This document shows positions 47,735-62,200 of a stretch of 64,000 nucleotides of DNA, in pieces. The DNA is from Octopus vulgaris. Its lineage: Eukaryota. The stretch lies in the NCBI GenBank assembly GCA_951406725.2, contig OX597838.1, forward strand, positions 29,636,001 to 29,700,000. The letters are read 5' to 3'. The notes below the pieces were generated by a model, which did no database searches, had not been told where the DNA came from, and worked only from the letters and a program-made list of their open reading frames with translations. Numbering within the stretch: position 1 is the stretch's first letter; every line of letters starts with the position of its first letter. Position numbers and translations under genes: made by a program.

Positions 47735-50700
47735 GACTGGCTTCTTTCAGTTTCCGTCTACCAAAACCACTCACAAGGCTTTGGTTGGCCCTAGGCTATA
47801 GTAGAAGACATTTGCCTAAGGTGCCATGCAGTGGGACTGAACCCGGAACCATGTGGTTGGGAAGCAAGCTTCTTACCACACGGCCACTCTTGCACCTGTT
47901 AATTTTATTTTAATTATTTCAACAAGCACGATGGTGCTCCAGCATGACCACAGCTGCATGGCTGAAACGAATATAAGTATGTGAGACCACTGTGAATATG
48001 TTTCGATCTCAGGACCCCAACGGCAAACCTGCTCCCTGCCCCCACCCCAGGCTGTTATTTCTTCTTCAGATCCCAACAATTTCTGATCCTCTTCACATGT
48101 TCGGTGATTTGTTGTGCTTGAGAAAACTCACCCAGCTAAGTAAAATCCAGGTCGTAAAGGCCATGTCCTTCATGTCCATGACCCCTTACCCCCACCCTTC
48201 ACCCTACCCCACAACTCATCTTTCTGACGCCTCCCCCTGTCCTCCCCACCCATGGTCACCACTACCCATACTCCTTTTTCCTTCCGTTCTCCACCATGTA
48301 CCTCCAGCATGCAATATGTCCCCGTTGAATCCTTCGCCCACTTACCCTGTCCAGTCCCCTTGTCCACTTTAATATATTCTCCTGTGACATAGGTGTACAG
48401 CCCCTGTCACATCTTCACCTCTCTCCATGCACCCTCTCCTGCCATCTGAGGTAACCATGTTTCTCTGCAAGGCACCGTCGTTGTACCTCAAGACTACTCT
48501 ATCCACCCCACCCCCCATACACACACACTTCACTTGACATGTCTTGCCTTGTAGATTACATGGTGACCTCACTGGTGCTGGTGCCACATAAAAAAAAGCA
48601 CCCAACACACTCTGTAAAGGAAAGACATCCAGCTGTAGAATCCATGCCAAAACAAACAGCAGAGTTTGGTGTGGTCTTCTGACATGCCAGTTCCTGTCGA
48701 ACCGTCCAACCCATGCCAGCATGGAAAATGCACGTTAACCCTTTCGTTACTGTATTTTTTTTTTGAGATGCTCTGTGTTTCTTTCAATTACTTTAAATAT
48801 AACAAAGCATTTAGTAAAATAACTTTGTTATCATTAAGCTAGTGTTAGGAACATAAATTGTGACTAAGGTTTGGTGAAAGATTTTAATTCAAAACTTATG
48901 GAAACAAGACATTTGTACTCAGAGCCAGACCCAGTTTCAGCCAGGTTGGTATTGAAAGGGTTAAGAATTGTTCCTCTATTATATATTTCAACCCTTTTGT
49001 TACCATATTTCTGTTGAGATGCTCTGCGTTTCTTTCAATTAATTTTAAATATAACAAAGAATTTATAAAATAACTTGGTTATCATTAAGCTAGTGTTAGG
49101 AACATAAATTGTGACTAAGGTTTGGTGGAAGATTTTAATTCAAAACTTATGGAAACAAGACATTTGTACTCAGAGCCAGACCCAGTTTCAGCCAGGTTGG
49201 TATTGAAAGGGTTAAGAATTGTTCCTCTATTATATATTTCAACCCTTTTGTTACCATATTTCTGTTGAGATGCTCTGCGTTTCTTTCAATTAATTTTAAA
49301 TATAACAAAGAATTTATAAAATAACTTGGTTATCATTAAGCTAGTGTTAGGAACATAAATTGTGACTAAGGTTTGGTGGAAGATTTTAATTCAAAACTTA
49401 TGAAAACAAGACATTTATGTTACAGAGCCAGAACCGGTTTCAGCCAGGTTGGTATTGAAAGGGTTAAATGGTGATGAAGATCACACACACAGACACACAT
49501 ATCTTTTACCTTTTACTTGTTTCAATCGTTAGGCTGTGACCATGCTGGGGCACCACCTACAGACACAATTCTTACATCTACTTTTCCAAGCTGTCATGGC
49601 TGAAATAAGTTGATCACAACCCAACATCATTGCTTCCTTTAAGAGGATAATCCTAAGATTATCCCCCGTCACTTTTACCCACATCTTCTGTATATCCTCT
49701 CTGACAGCCTACTTCTACCTTGCAACGTTTCACACTTTTCTGCCCCCTTCTACAGGTGCCCCCTCTTTCTTGTACATTTATTTACGCTTTATATATTTCA
49801 GGAAGAGGTCGTAAAAATTTCGACCGAGACTTTGGTGGGAATCACATAAGAGGCAATCGAAGGCTTAACGATCAAGGCAATAATGACAGTGGTATGTTGT
49901 TGTTGTTGTTGTTACGAACTTCACACAGCATGGTGATGATGATGATGGTGTAGGCATGAGAGAGACTGCACTAAATGCTTAAGAGCATCATATATCCTGC
50001 TTTGCCTTTCTGCTTCTTATAATAATCCCTATAATAATTTTTCCTCTAATCTGTCTGTCACATAAATTTTGCTTTGGTTTGCACTTACTCACCTCTTTTT
50101 CCTTCCTTCCAGAATGTATGTATGAGTGTGTGACCGCGTGTGTGTATCGTTAACGATATTTTTTCTTCTATCTTCCCTTCCTTGGATCTTTCCTTTTCCT
50201 ATGTTTCTGCCGAAGAGCTCTGCTCAAAACGCTAAATCCTCCTTCTTTCTTTCCTTTCCTTAGCGTCTAATAACACTATACTTCTTCCACGTCCTCGCAT
50301 TGTTGTGTTTTCATGTTTGGATTAACTTTATATATATCTTTATATATATATATGAGGGTGAGTCAAAAAGTAATGTCATTTTGCTTAGGACAGGTATAAT
50401 TACCAACACAGGAACATGTATCATACATCAAAATGAAGCTGGTCCTCTGTGGATCACATCCCTACTTCTCAACATAGTCATCGTTTCTCTCAATAGCAAT
50501 GTGCCACCTTCAAATGAGAGCATGTATCCCTGCCCCGTAAAATTCTACTTAGCGTCTTCAGACTATCATCTCTTTGGCCCCATAAAAGAGGGTTTGAGAG
50601 GCAAACATATGTTTATATGCATATATCTATCTATCTCTCTCTCTATATATATATATATATCTTTATATATATATACAGACATACACACACACATATAGAC

Positions 50701-50768
50701 AGACATACATATAGATTGATATAAAGATTATTTGAGCAAGCAGATCTTTAAAATAAGGCATTCTAATC

Positions 50769-50804
<36 letters not shown>

Positions 50805-53019
50805 CATCATTTAGCGTCCGTTCTCCATGCTAGCATGGGTTGGACATATATATATACACACACACATACACAACAGACTTCTTTCAGTTTCCATCTACCA
50901 AATTCACTCACAAGGATTTGGTTGGCTTGAGGGTTATAGTAGAAGGCATTAAGACACTTGTGTAAGTTGCCACCCACACAGTGAGACTGAACCCAGAACC
51001 ATGTGGTTGGGAAGCAAGCTTCTTATCACACACCTGTGTCTGTCTGTGCTGATGGTTTTTACTCACATTATTTTGAATTAATCAAGCATTATCTCATACC
51101 CTTTTACTCTTTTACTTGTTTCAGTCATTTGACTGCGGCCATACTGGAGCACCGCCTTTAGTCGAGCAAATCGACTCCAGGACCTAGTACTTATTGTATT
51201 GGTCTCTTTTGCCGAACCGCTAAGTGACGGGGACGTAAACACACCAGCATCGGTTGTCAAGCGATGTTGGGGGAGAAACGCACATGCATATATATGAGAA
51301 GCTTCTTTCAGTTTCCATCTACCAAATCCACTCACAAGGCTTTGGTTGACCCAAGGCTATAGTAGAAGACACTTGCTCAAGGTGCCACACAGTGGGACTG
51401 AACCCGGAACGATGTGGTTGGTAAGCAAGCTACTTACCACACAGCTACTCCTGTGCCTGATGTGACTGCTTTCTTGTAGAATGACCTTGTAGAGTAGGTG
51501 TGAGAGGCTGGATCTGGCCAGGTGGAATATTTTGGCTGGTTTCAATGCGAAAGGGTTAAACAAAAAATTGATCAAACACAATAAGCTAGAAGGATGAAGA
51601 AGCAGTCCCCTGATTCCATTCATTTCTTTGACAGCAGATAATGGTCCTCACAGACATCCACCTGGCTTGAAAGGGAAAGAGATTGGATTATGGTACAGTC
51701 GACGCAGTCGCGCCAAGAAGGAAATGCAAGACAAACAGCAGGTATGACCTCCTCTGCACAACATTTTCCCTTTTTTTTCTGTTTAAAATTCTTCTCTCTC
51801 TCTCTTTTTCTCTCTCTCTCTCTATATATATATATCTTTTTTCTCTCTCTCTCTCTTTCTCTTTCCTCTCTCTTTCTCTTTCCTCTCTCTTTCTCTTTTT
51901 CCCTCTCTCTCTCTCTCTCTCACTCTCTCTCCTTGAGAGTGAAGTATATTCACACACTGCTGCTGTTATTGTTATTGTATAACCCCAGGTCAGTTCTAAT
52001 CCACCTTTGACCCATAGTGAAAAGCCAGCGGCAGCAGTGGCAACAGCTTCATCCTGTATCCAAGAATTTAATTTCTTCCTTTGCTGAATGCTTCCTTTAT
52101 GGTGACGTCATTGATGACTCTGTAGACCAATTCTTGCACAGAAGAATCAGTGGCGTTGACTGCATGGCAATGTTGTTGTTGGAGGACGAGGTTGATTCCA
52201 TCGGGCCTTTCTTTCCTGTCGTTTGATTTCTTCCTTTTCTCTTCTGGAGGCTTTGAATTTTTGTGTCCCAATAATGGTGATGGAACACCACTACTTGGTA
52301 CATACTCGTGCTTGTGTTTCAAACAATTCAGGTTCAATCCCAGCGGCTTTCGGTGTCGATTTGAGTCGGTCCTTGCACATTGGAAGAGGGCTACCCTGTG
52401 GTCTTTTCCCTGAAGTGAACTCGCTGAATAAGACTCAATGTGGGAACTCTGACTCTTCTATCCTTGCTACATGTCTTGACCATCAAACATGATGTTTCAC
52501 AATCAGCAACTTGATACTTTGACTCTTGGATCTTTCCGGGACTTTGTTGTTGGTCAGATTATCTTTCATTCAGGCATGGTCTATCTAAGACTAACTCTAT
52601 GTAATGTGTGATTTTTATCTAACCCCTGGCAAACCCCCTTAAGAACAAGTGTTTCTCTCTGTCTCTTTAATAATTAATGTCTCCCTGTGTCTCTTTAGCT
52701 GATTCTCTCTCTCTTTTTCCCTCCTTTCTGTCTCCTTAATAGTTGATGTCTTCCTATGTCTCTCTCTTTCTCTATTTCTTTTTCTCTCTCTCTTTCTTTC
52801 TCTATTTCTTTTTCTCTCTCTCTCTCTTTCTTTCTCTCTCTCTTTCTCTTTCATTCTTTCTCTCTCTCTCTTTCATTCTCTCTTTCTTTCTCTCTCTCTT
52901 TGTCTCTTTTCTTTCTCTCTCTCTTTCATTCTCTCTCTTTCTTTCTCTCTTTCTCTCTCTCTCTCATGTCTCCTTAACTGATATATGTGTGCCTCTTAAA
53001 ACCAATGTCTGTCTGTCTG

Positions 53020-53067
<48 letters not shown>

Positions 53068-55498
53068 TCTTTGATAACTGATGTCTCCCTGTCCGTGTGT
53101 CTCCTTAATAACCAATTTCATTCTCTCATTAACAGCGTCCAATGATAAAAATGGACAGTCGGCAGGAAAATAACATCCGGGACATCTTGGATCAGTTTGG
53201 ATCCGGCCCATCCAGCAGCTCTCACCCTCATCAGTACCACCCCAGTTCCCACCACACCACCGACATCAGGGATTGCCGTGACAACGACAGAACACAGAAA
53301 GCCTCGTCGGACGACTGGTTCAACATGGACTCAGCCCACGAGGAGACCAAACCCAACAGCAGCAGCAAGTCATTGGAATCTCCCGTTTGGCACACCCCGT
53401 CTCCAAGAATCAAGGAAAATGCTTATAATAAAGATGGCGACAACGACGAGGGTGAAGTTGGTCACGATGACAATGATAATGTCGAAATGTCATCGCAGTT
53501 GGCCGAGAGAAGCAACAGCTGTGACATCTTGGCTTCTGTCACAGAAGTGATGAAGTTTTACAAAGAAGAAACCGATTATGGAATTGATCCAGCATCAGAT
53601 GACTTCGGTAATTGTTAGACTGCCATTTTTTTGTTTTTGGAATTTTTTTTTCTTACTCTTTTTACTCTTTTTACTTGTTTCAGTCATTTGACTGCGGCCA
53701 TGCTGGAGCACCGCCTTTAGTCGAGCAACTGGACCCCGGGACTTATTCTTTTGTAAGCCCAGTACTTATTCTATCGGTCTCTTTTGCCGAACCGCTAAGT
53801 GACGGGGACGTAAACACACCAGCATCGGTTGTCAAGCAATGCTAGGGGGACAAACACAGACACACAAACACACACACACATATATATATATACATATATA
53901 CGACAGGCTTCTTTCAGTTTCTGTCTACCAAATCCACTCACAAGGCATTGGTCGGCCCGGGGCTATAGCAGAAGACACTTGCCCAAGATGCCACGCAGTG
54001 GGACTGAACCCGGAACCATGTGGCTGGTTAGCAAGCTACTTACCAAACAGCCACTCCTGCGCCTTTTGGGAATTTTTTTTTTTTAGTTCCCCCCCCCCCC
54101 GCCAGTCTTTTAATATCTTTCTTGTGATACCCACCTATCTGTATCTAACTCGGGTGTAAAACCTGCTTAATTTTATGTTTCCTCTGATTCATCATCATCA
54201 TCGTTTAACGTCCGCTTTCCATGTTGGTATGGGTTGGACGATTTTGACTGAGGGCTGGCGAACCAGATGGCTGCACCAGGCTCCAATCTTGATCTGGCAG
54301 AGTTTCTACAGCTTGATGCCCTTCCTAACGCCAACCACTCCGAGAGTGTAGTGGGTGCTTTTACGTGCCACTCGCACAAGGGCCAGTCAGGCGGTACTGG
54401 CAACGGCTATACTCAAGTGGCGTTTTTTTTACATGCCACCTGCACAGGAGCCAGCCCAGTGGCACTGGCAACGACCTCGCTCGAATGTTTTTCACGTGCC
54501 ACCGGCACAAGTGCCAGTAAGGTGACACTGGTAAAAGGCAACCAAAAGAGGTTGCACTTTGACCTCGTAAAACCCTCACCTAAAACCCTCTCCAACTACG
54601 ACCACCCAAACAGACCCATGGGTTGGAAGGTTGTCACCTGGGTGTAGGGGAATCACCAACAATTAAATCTTCCATTACTTTCAAAATTCTTGATCGTCTT
54701 TCAAAATTACTTGAAACTTAGATATTGTATTTCACTAGAAATATAGCAAAAAGGGTTAATTCTGTTTTTCTTTCTCTCCCTCTTTCCTCTCTTTCCCTCT
54801 CACCAGAGAAATGGAGGAAGAGAGAGAGAGAGCATCTCATTGTGTATTTTTCTTATTTTTATTTTTTCTTTCTTTCATCTCTTTCCTTTTCTTCATTTTT
54901 CTTTTCCTTTCATTTCACTACACTTCACTTTTTCTTCCTCCTTTTCCTCTCTTCTTTCCTCCTCCTTCCTCCTCCCTCTTTCCCCTTCCTCTTCTTCCTC
55001 CCCCTTGTTCCTCATTCCTCCCCATCATACTTACACTTTCCTCCCACCCCACTTTTTCTCAATATTTTTCCTTTGGTTCTTTCAGTGCCAAGTTCCAGTA
55101 TCAAATGCAATCCCACGCTGGATGCAGCATACCAGAAGGACCTCCAAGAACGGTCAAAGAGTACCAGCTACCAAAAAATGCTTCAATTTCGGAAGAAATT
55201 GCCATCATACGACATGAGAAAGGTTAGCAACACTTTGGAACATTTTACCCATCACACCCACCACCACCAACTCGTTTTGTTTTTGTTTTAGCATTATGTA
55301 TGTATGTATGTATGTATGTATGTATGTATGTATGTATGTATGCATGTATGTATGTATGTATTTTGTATGTATGCATATATGTATGTATGTATGAATGTAT
55401 GTATGTATGTATGTATGTATGTTTATGTATGTATGTATGTATGTATGTATGTATTATGTATGTATGTATGTATGTATGTATGTATTATGTATGTATGC

Positions 55499-55531
<33 letters not shown>

Positions 55532-55666
55532 CGTATTATGTATGTATGTATGTATGTATGAATGTATTATGTATGTATGCATATATGTATGTATGTATGC
55601 ATGTATGTATGTACGTATTATGTATGTATGTATGTATGTATGTATGAATGTATTTTGTATGTATGC

Positions 55667-55697
<31 letters not shown>

Positions 55698-56036
55698 AAT
55701 GTATGTATGTATGTATGTATGTATGTATGTATGTATGTATGTATGTATGTATGTATGTATGTATGTATGTATGTATGTATGTATGTATGTATGTATGTAT
55801 GTATGTATGTATGTATGTATGTATGTACCATTTCTGCTCGACACAGGCGAAATTTACGGAAGAGGGAACTGTTCGATTAGCTTGACCCCAGCACGCAACT
55901 GGTACTTAATTTATCGACACCGAAAGGATAAAAGCAAAGTCGACCTCGGTGGAATTTGAACTCAGAAAGTAAAGACAGACGAAATGCTGCACCCTGCTGT
56001 GTGAGGGGCAAATGTGCTGACGTCATCGTCCTAGGT

Positions 56037-56075
<39 letters not shown>

Positions 56076-56142
56076 GACACACATACATATACACACATAC
56101 GAACACAGATATATACCTACATATGTACATTATATATATAGC

Positions 56143-56206
<64 letters not shown>

Positions 56207-57759
56207 AAAGGGCTTAGTAAAATAATTACTTTGCCGCATACTGAACTCATTAGAAATAGCAGCTAAAAAACTTTTTTTAAAGCTATTTCTAATATAAAAA
56301 AATCTCATCATATAGTGTTTGCTTAATTCAACTCACAAAAGTTTGAGGGGTAAGGACATCAAAAAATCAAATGCAAAGGTTATTTGAAGACGTACGTTTC
56401 AAGATTAGTCAAAACATTACTTCTATCATCAGCTCAGAAACTCCTTGGTTTGGATTTGGAAACACTGAAAGTAAGAGCATACCCTTTCGGCTTCATCGCT
56501 TTCGAAGATCTGCTCCTAACTAACAGTGCCAACAAACTCAAATAAGCAAGCGAAGAATTTCTGTTCTCCCCTTTCCACCAGCGTGGGTTAAAATCATCAA
56601 AACGCAACTTCTTATTTCGGTAAAATCCGAAGCATTAATTGAAGGAGATTAATTATAATTTCAACAATTGGGGTAAAATTAATTAATTATTAATCAATTT
56701 CACCAAGTGTTCAGTATGCAAAGGGACCATTTAAGGCGAATTCAAATTATTACATTATATAAAAGGGCTTAGTAAAATAAATTACTTTGCCGCATACTAA
56801 GACTCATTAGAAATAGCAGCTAAAAAACTTTTTTAAAAGCTATTTCTAATACTTAAAATATCTCACTCATATAGTGTTTGCTTAATTCAACTCACAAAAG
56901 TTTAGGGGGTAAGGACATCAAAAAATCAAATGCAAAGGTTATTTGAGAACGTACGTTTCAAGATTAGTCAAAACGACACTTCTATCATCAGCTCCAAACT
57001 CCCTTGGTTTGGATTTGGAAACACTGAAAGTAAGAACATACCCTTTCGGCTTCTCATCGCTTTCGAAGATCTGCTCCTAACTAACGGTGCCAACAAGCTC
57101 GATAAACAGCGAAGAATTTCTGTTCTCCCCTTTCCACCAGCGTGGGTTAAAATCATCAAACACTATGCTTATTTCGGTAAAATCCGAAGCATTAATTAGA
57201 GGAGATTAATTATAATTTCGACAATTGAGGGTAAAATTAATTAATTATTAATCAATTTCACCAAGTGGTATGCAAAGGGACCATTTAAGGCGAATTCAAA
57301 TTATTAATGATTTTTAACCCACGCTGGTGGAAGAGGAGAACAATTCTTCATGCTTGCTTATTTGGTTGTTGGCACTGTTAGTTGGTAGGAGCAGATCTTC
57401 ATCTTTCAGTGTTTCCAAATCCAAACAAGAGGTTCTGAGCTGATGATAGAAGTGTCGTTTTGATAATCTTGAGCAGTACACGTTCTCAAATAACCTTTTT
57501 GCATTTGATTTTTTGATGTCCTTACCCTAAACTTTTGTGAGTTGAGCAATAAACACTATATGATGAGATTTTTCTTTAAGAAATAGCTTTAAAAAAAGTT
57601 TTTTTAGCTACTATTTCTAATGAAATTCAGTATGCGGCAAAAGCAATTTATTTTACTAAGTACTTTTTTATATAATGTAATAATTTGAATTCGCTACTCC
57701 TTGCTAGACACTTGGTGAAATTGTTAATAATTAATTAATTTTACCCTCAATTGTTGAAA

Positions 57760-57815
<56 letters not shown>

Positions 57816-59160
57816 AAAAAGAAGGTTAAATTTAATTATAAGTAATTGTATTTCTTTTATTCTTTTAGTTTTTTCAGTCATTTGAAGCCAAGGTCGAATT
57901 TGCCTTTCATCTTTCGGGATGATAAATTAAGTACCTATTTCTTTACTACCCTACAAGGGGCTAAACATAGAGGGGACAAACAAGGATAGACACACGGATT
58001 AAGTCGATTACACCGATCCCGGGATGTAACTTCTGGTACTTATTTAATCGACCCCGAAAGGATGAAAGGCAAAGTCGACCTCGGCGGAATTTGAACTCAC
58101 AACGGCGCGGCAGACGAAATACGGCTACGCATTTCGCCCGGCGCTAACGTTTCTGCCAGCTCACCGCCTTAATAAATTGAGTACCAGCTACGCACTGGGG
58201 TCAATATAATCAACTAACCCGTTTGTCTGTCCTTGTTTGTCCTCTCTGTGTTTAGCCCCTTGTGGGTACTAAAGAAATAAGTATTTCGTCTGCCGTTACG
58301 TTCTGAGTTCAAATTTCGTCGAGGTCGACTTTACCTTTCATCCTTTCGGGGTCGATAAATTAAGTACCAGTTACGCACTGAGGTCGATGTAATCGACTTA
58401 ATCCGTTTGTCTGTCCTGTTGTCCCCTCTATGTTTAGCCACTTGTGAGCAGTAAAGAAATAAGAAATTCTTCATTTTTATAGCACAGTTGTACAGTAGGT
58501 GGGGGAGGCAGGTTACATGGAAGACCTTCGGTTACCTTCTCCAGCAGCTACCTTATACCCAGCAGTATCAAGACAATTGTGGGAGACAGCTTTCTCTTGG
58601 AATAACCATATTCCTTAGCAAATCATCGATAATCGGAGCGATGATTGCAGCAGTGTTCAAACATTCCATTGAACGTTTTTTAGAGGATTCTTAACCGAAC
58701 CTATAAGTACATAACAATTTTGTTTTTGTCGTGACCTCATTTTCATCAACGATTAAAAATATGTTTTGGCCAGCCAGACAACTCTTTATAATTATTTACA
58801 TTATTTACATTTGATGGATATTTTGACCTCATCTTGTTTGTTGTTAACACAACGTTTCGGCTGATATACCCTCCAGCCTTCATCAGGTGTCTTGAGGGAA
58901 ATTTCGAACCATGGTTCTCGTTCGTCTTCACAACTGGTTCGTTTATTTACATCCCCATAACTTACTGGTTTCACAAGAAGAAACTGATAGAATAAGTACC
59001 AGGCTTATCAAAAAATAAAAAGCACTATGCAGTGTCTCATATTTTGTTTGCCCCCACACTGTGCTCTATCAATTTATCTTTGTGTGCGTGTGTGTGTGTG
59101 TGTGTGTGCGTGTGTGTGTGTGTATGTTTGTGTATACATATATTTTTATATACATATATG

Positions 59161-59217
<57 letters not shown>

Positions 59218-62200
59218 ACACACATATATATATAACATAGTTCTTGAACCGGTACTTCAAGTAACGACTAGGGTAGGGTAACTGACTGCTTATTGTGATC
59301 ATTCGTCTTTTGGTTTCCTGTAGCTTTGCTCTCTTTTACAAACCCAGTGAACATATATTTCCTATTTCAAAGAGAAATTCAAACCATAGATATAAGACCC
59401 AAGTTAAAAAGTGCCAACAATTCACTTCTCTGGTTGACATTAGATGCCCCACCCACAACAAGGGCCTTAACTCTCACATTTAGAGCTCCATGACCTTCAT
59501 TTTTTAGGGCAAATCTTTTTAACAGGTTCAATAACACTGGAATTATGGAATATGCGAATAAAAATCAGTAGTATGGGATACATGTGGCACGATTACAATT
59601 TTTTAGGGTGTGTAAAGAGGGACAAAGCCCTCATCTGCAATATTGATGAAATTCGAAACATAGAAATTCCAGCTCATAACAGAAAATATAACAAGAAAGT
59701 CTAATTCTTCAATTGAATGTAACCGGTGCTCCAGCATGGCCACAGTCAAATGACTGAAACAAGTAAAAGAGAGTATGTAATAAAAGGTTTTTCAAAGAAA
59801 TTTAAAGTGCTTTTGTGATGACTGTAAACCTACTTTTGGGGCCACCCTGTATACATATATACATTTGTTCATTCATACTTGTATAACAATTGCAGGTACC
59901 TCAATTTATCTTGGACGACTACTTAGAACAAGGAATGGGCTCAACGTGTAGCATCATCTGTACACAACCTCGGCGAATCAGCGCTGTTTCTGTAAGTAAA
60001 TAATTCCTCTCTCCATCTCTCTCTCTTCCTCTCTCTCTCTTCATCTCTCTCTCTTCCTCTCTCTCTCTTCCTCTCTCTCTCTTCCTCTCTCTCTCTCTTT
60101 CTTCTCCAAATATCGCCTCACTCCACACGCATATCTTGCTTAAAACAGTCATTATAACAAACCACAAATGAAGCAGTTATGTAGTTGATCATTCTGTTAG
60201 AAATAGAAGCTAAATCTCCCTCATATCACATCTTGTGGTCATCTCATTAAATGCACTGCTAACACAGTAGGATACGGTTATTGACTTATAAAAATGTTTA
60301 ATACACTTAGTAGTATATTATGGTTGCTTAACGAAATACCATGTCCTTACAAGTTGTTAATATTTATGTACGAGCTTTCAAGTGTGTGTTTAATCTGTAA
60401 AATTGGTTTATCCAATAATGTTATACCACTATATTAGTGTATATATAAGTTTGTGGATAATAATATATATTATATTATGGAGATGTACTTGCATAGCGAG
60501 CGACTTGATCTGAGATCGTGTGCTGGAACGAAAACAATTGCAGCGTGGAAGGTGTTTATAAGCCATTTAAGAAACACACAAAACCATTAGATTCACTTCA
60601 ACATTTATATTTAATTTGTCAAAATTATATATTATAATAATATATTAGTGTATATATGAGTTTGTGGATAATAATATATTATATATTATACCGCTATATT
60701 TAGTGCATATATGAGTTTGTGGATAATAATATATTATCTCTAACCGCTCAGTCGAAGTCGACTCTCGGTTACTTGTTGGATCAGTGTCCTCCAGTCAATT
60801 CTATCCTGGGCCGCTTCTTTCAGATTGGCTATATCCATTCCGGTATCACTCTTGATGGTGTAAGCCAGCGGGTTCTTGGTCGGCCTCTTCCTCTCTTGCC
60901 ACTGACCATTCCGAGCATGATGTCCTTCTCCAGGGAGTTTCTCCGCATAATATGACCGAAATATGCCAATCTATGCTTGGTGATCCTAACTTCTAGCGAC
61001 ATTTTTGGCCTTATCTGCTTAAGGACTTCTCCAACACCATTAGTGTATATATGAGTTTGGATAATAATATATTATATATTATACCGCTATATTTAGTGGC
61101 TAATGAGTTCGTGGATAATAAATGGGTTGGATGGGTCCTGATGAAGGAGCAAAAACTCCAGAAGTATGGCATATATGCCCATTAACAATTTTTCATCTTC
61201 AATCTCATCGTTGTTGTTTACATCAGGCGTCTCGGATATGAAACGTCATTACGAAAATCAGTGCTGGCTTTAATCTTTATAGAAAATCTGTAGAGATAAC
61301 GTTGAGAAGTGATTTAAATCGCACTGCTAACACAGGAGAACAGAATATCCACTTAATATATTTTGTAGCATATGATGGTTGCATTACGAAAAATGGGGTC
61401 CCTACGGGTCATTGATATTTATGTACCTATTCTTATGCTTCGACTGGACAAATGCCAGCAACACTTCCTGGCTTTTGGGTACCTCCAGCAGAGTCCCATC
61501 TGTTGCAAAAATTCAGGCCCTGTCTTCAATCTAGAGAGACATTTCATCCCTTTCTCCTCCCAGTAAAAGGGCCTCTTATATGGGGTCAGAGATACAGTGT
61601 CTAGGGGAAAAAAGGTGGAATGGTCATGGCTGGAAAACCTTTTGATCATAGGTTTTTGCTCAATCAGGAGTAGTAACAAGAAGCTTAATGACCACAGCTG
61701 ATGCAATCACTAAGGCATTTCTCATTTTCTCCACCACCACCACCCTCACCACTGCCCCTACCCTCACCACCACCACCACCTCCACTCTCTCTATATAAAC
61801 CATCTGTGAAAAAAATCACTGCTGTCCAAACCGTTTCCTCTCTTTCTTTCCTAAATTGTTTCGTTGAATTTGATGGGAAGGTTTTGCAAGGGGTGGGGGT
61901 ACAGTGGTCAAGACCTTTGCAAGAGGTCACACTCCCAGTCGTTGATGAAATTGGATGACCTTTGCTGGCCCTTTGACAAAACTGGTGACCTTGATGAGCT
62001 GGCAGAATCATTAGCACTCTGGGCGAAATGCTTAGCGGTATTTCGTCTGCTGTTATGTTCTGAGTTCAAATTCCACCGAGGTCGACTTTGCCTTTCATCC
62101 TTTCGGGGTCGATAAATTAAGTACCAGTTGTGCACTGGGGTCGATGTAATCGACTTAATCCCTTTGTCTGTCCTAGTTTGTCCACTCTATGTTTAGCCCC

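Noticed and set aside
52017-52492. Nested gene in a DHX36 intron
   Set aside because: Stop-interrupted RTE LINE remnant.
55300-55959. MYVC/YIHT repeat ORFs
   Set aside because: (TATG)n microsatellite.
61135-61175. Hammerhead CTGATGAAGGAG..CTCC
   Set aside because: GAAA and stem I are not recoverable; kept only as a decayed sense copy. The same applies near 63859.
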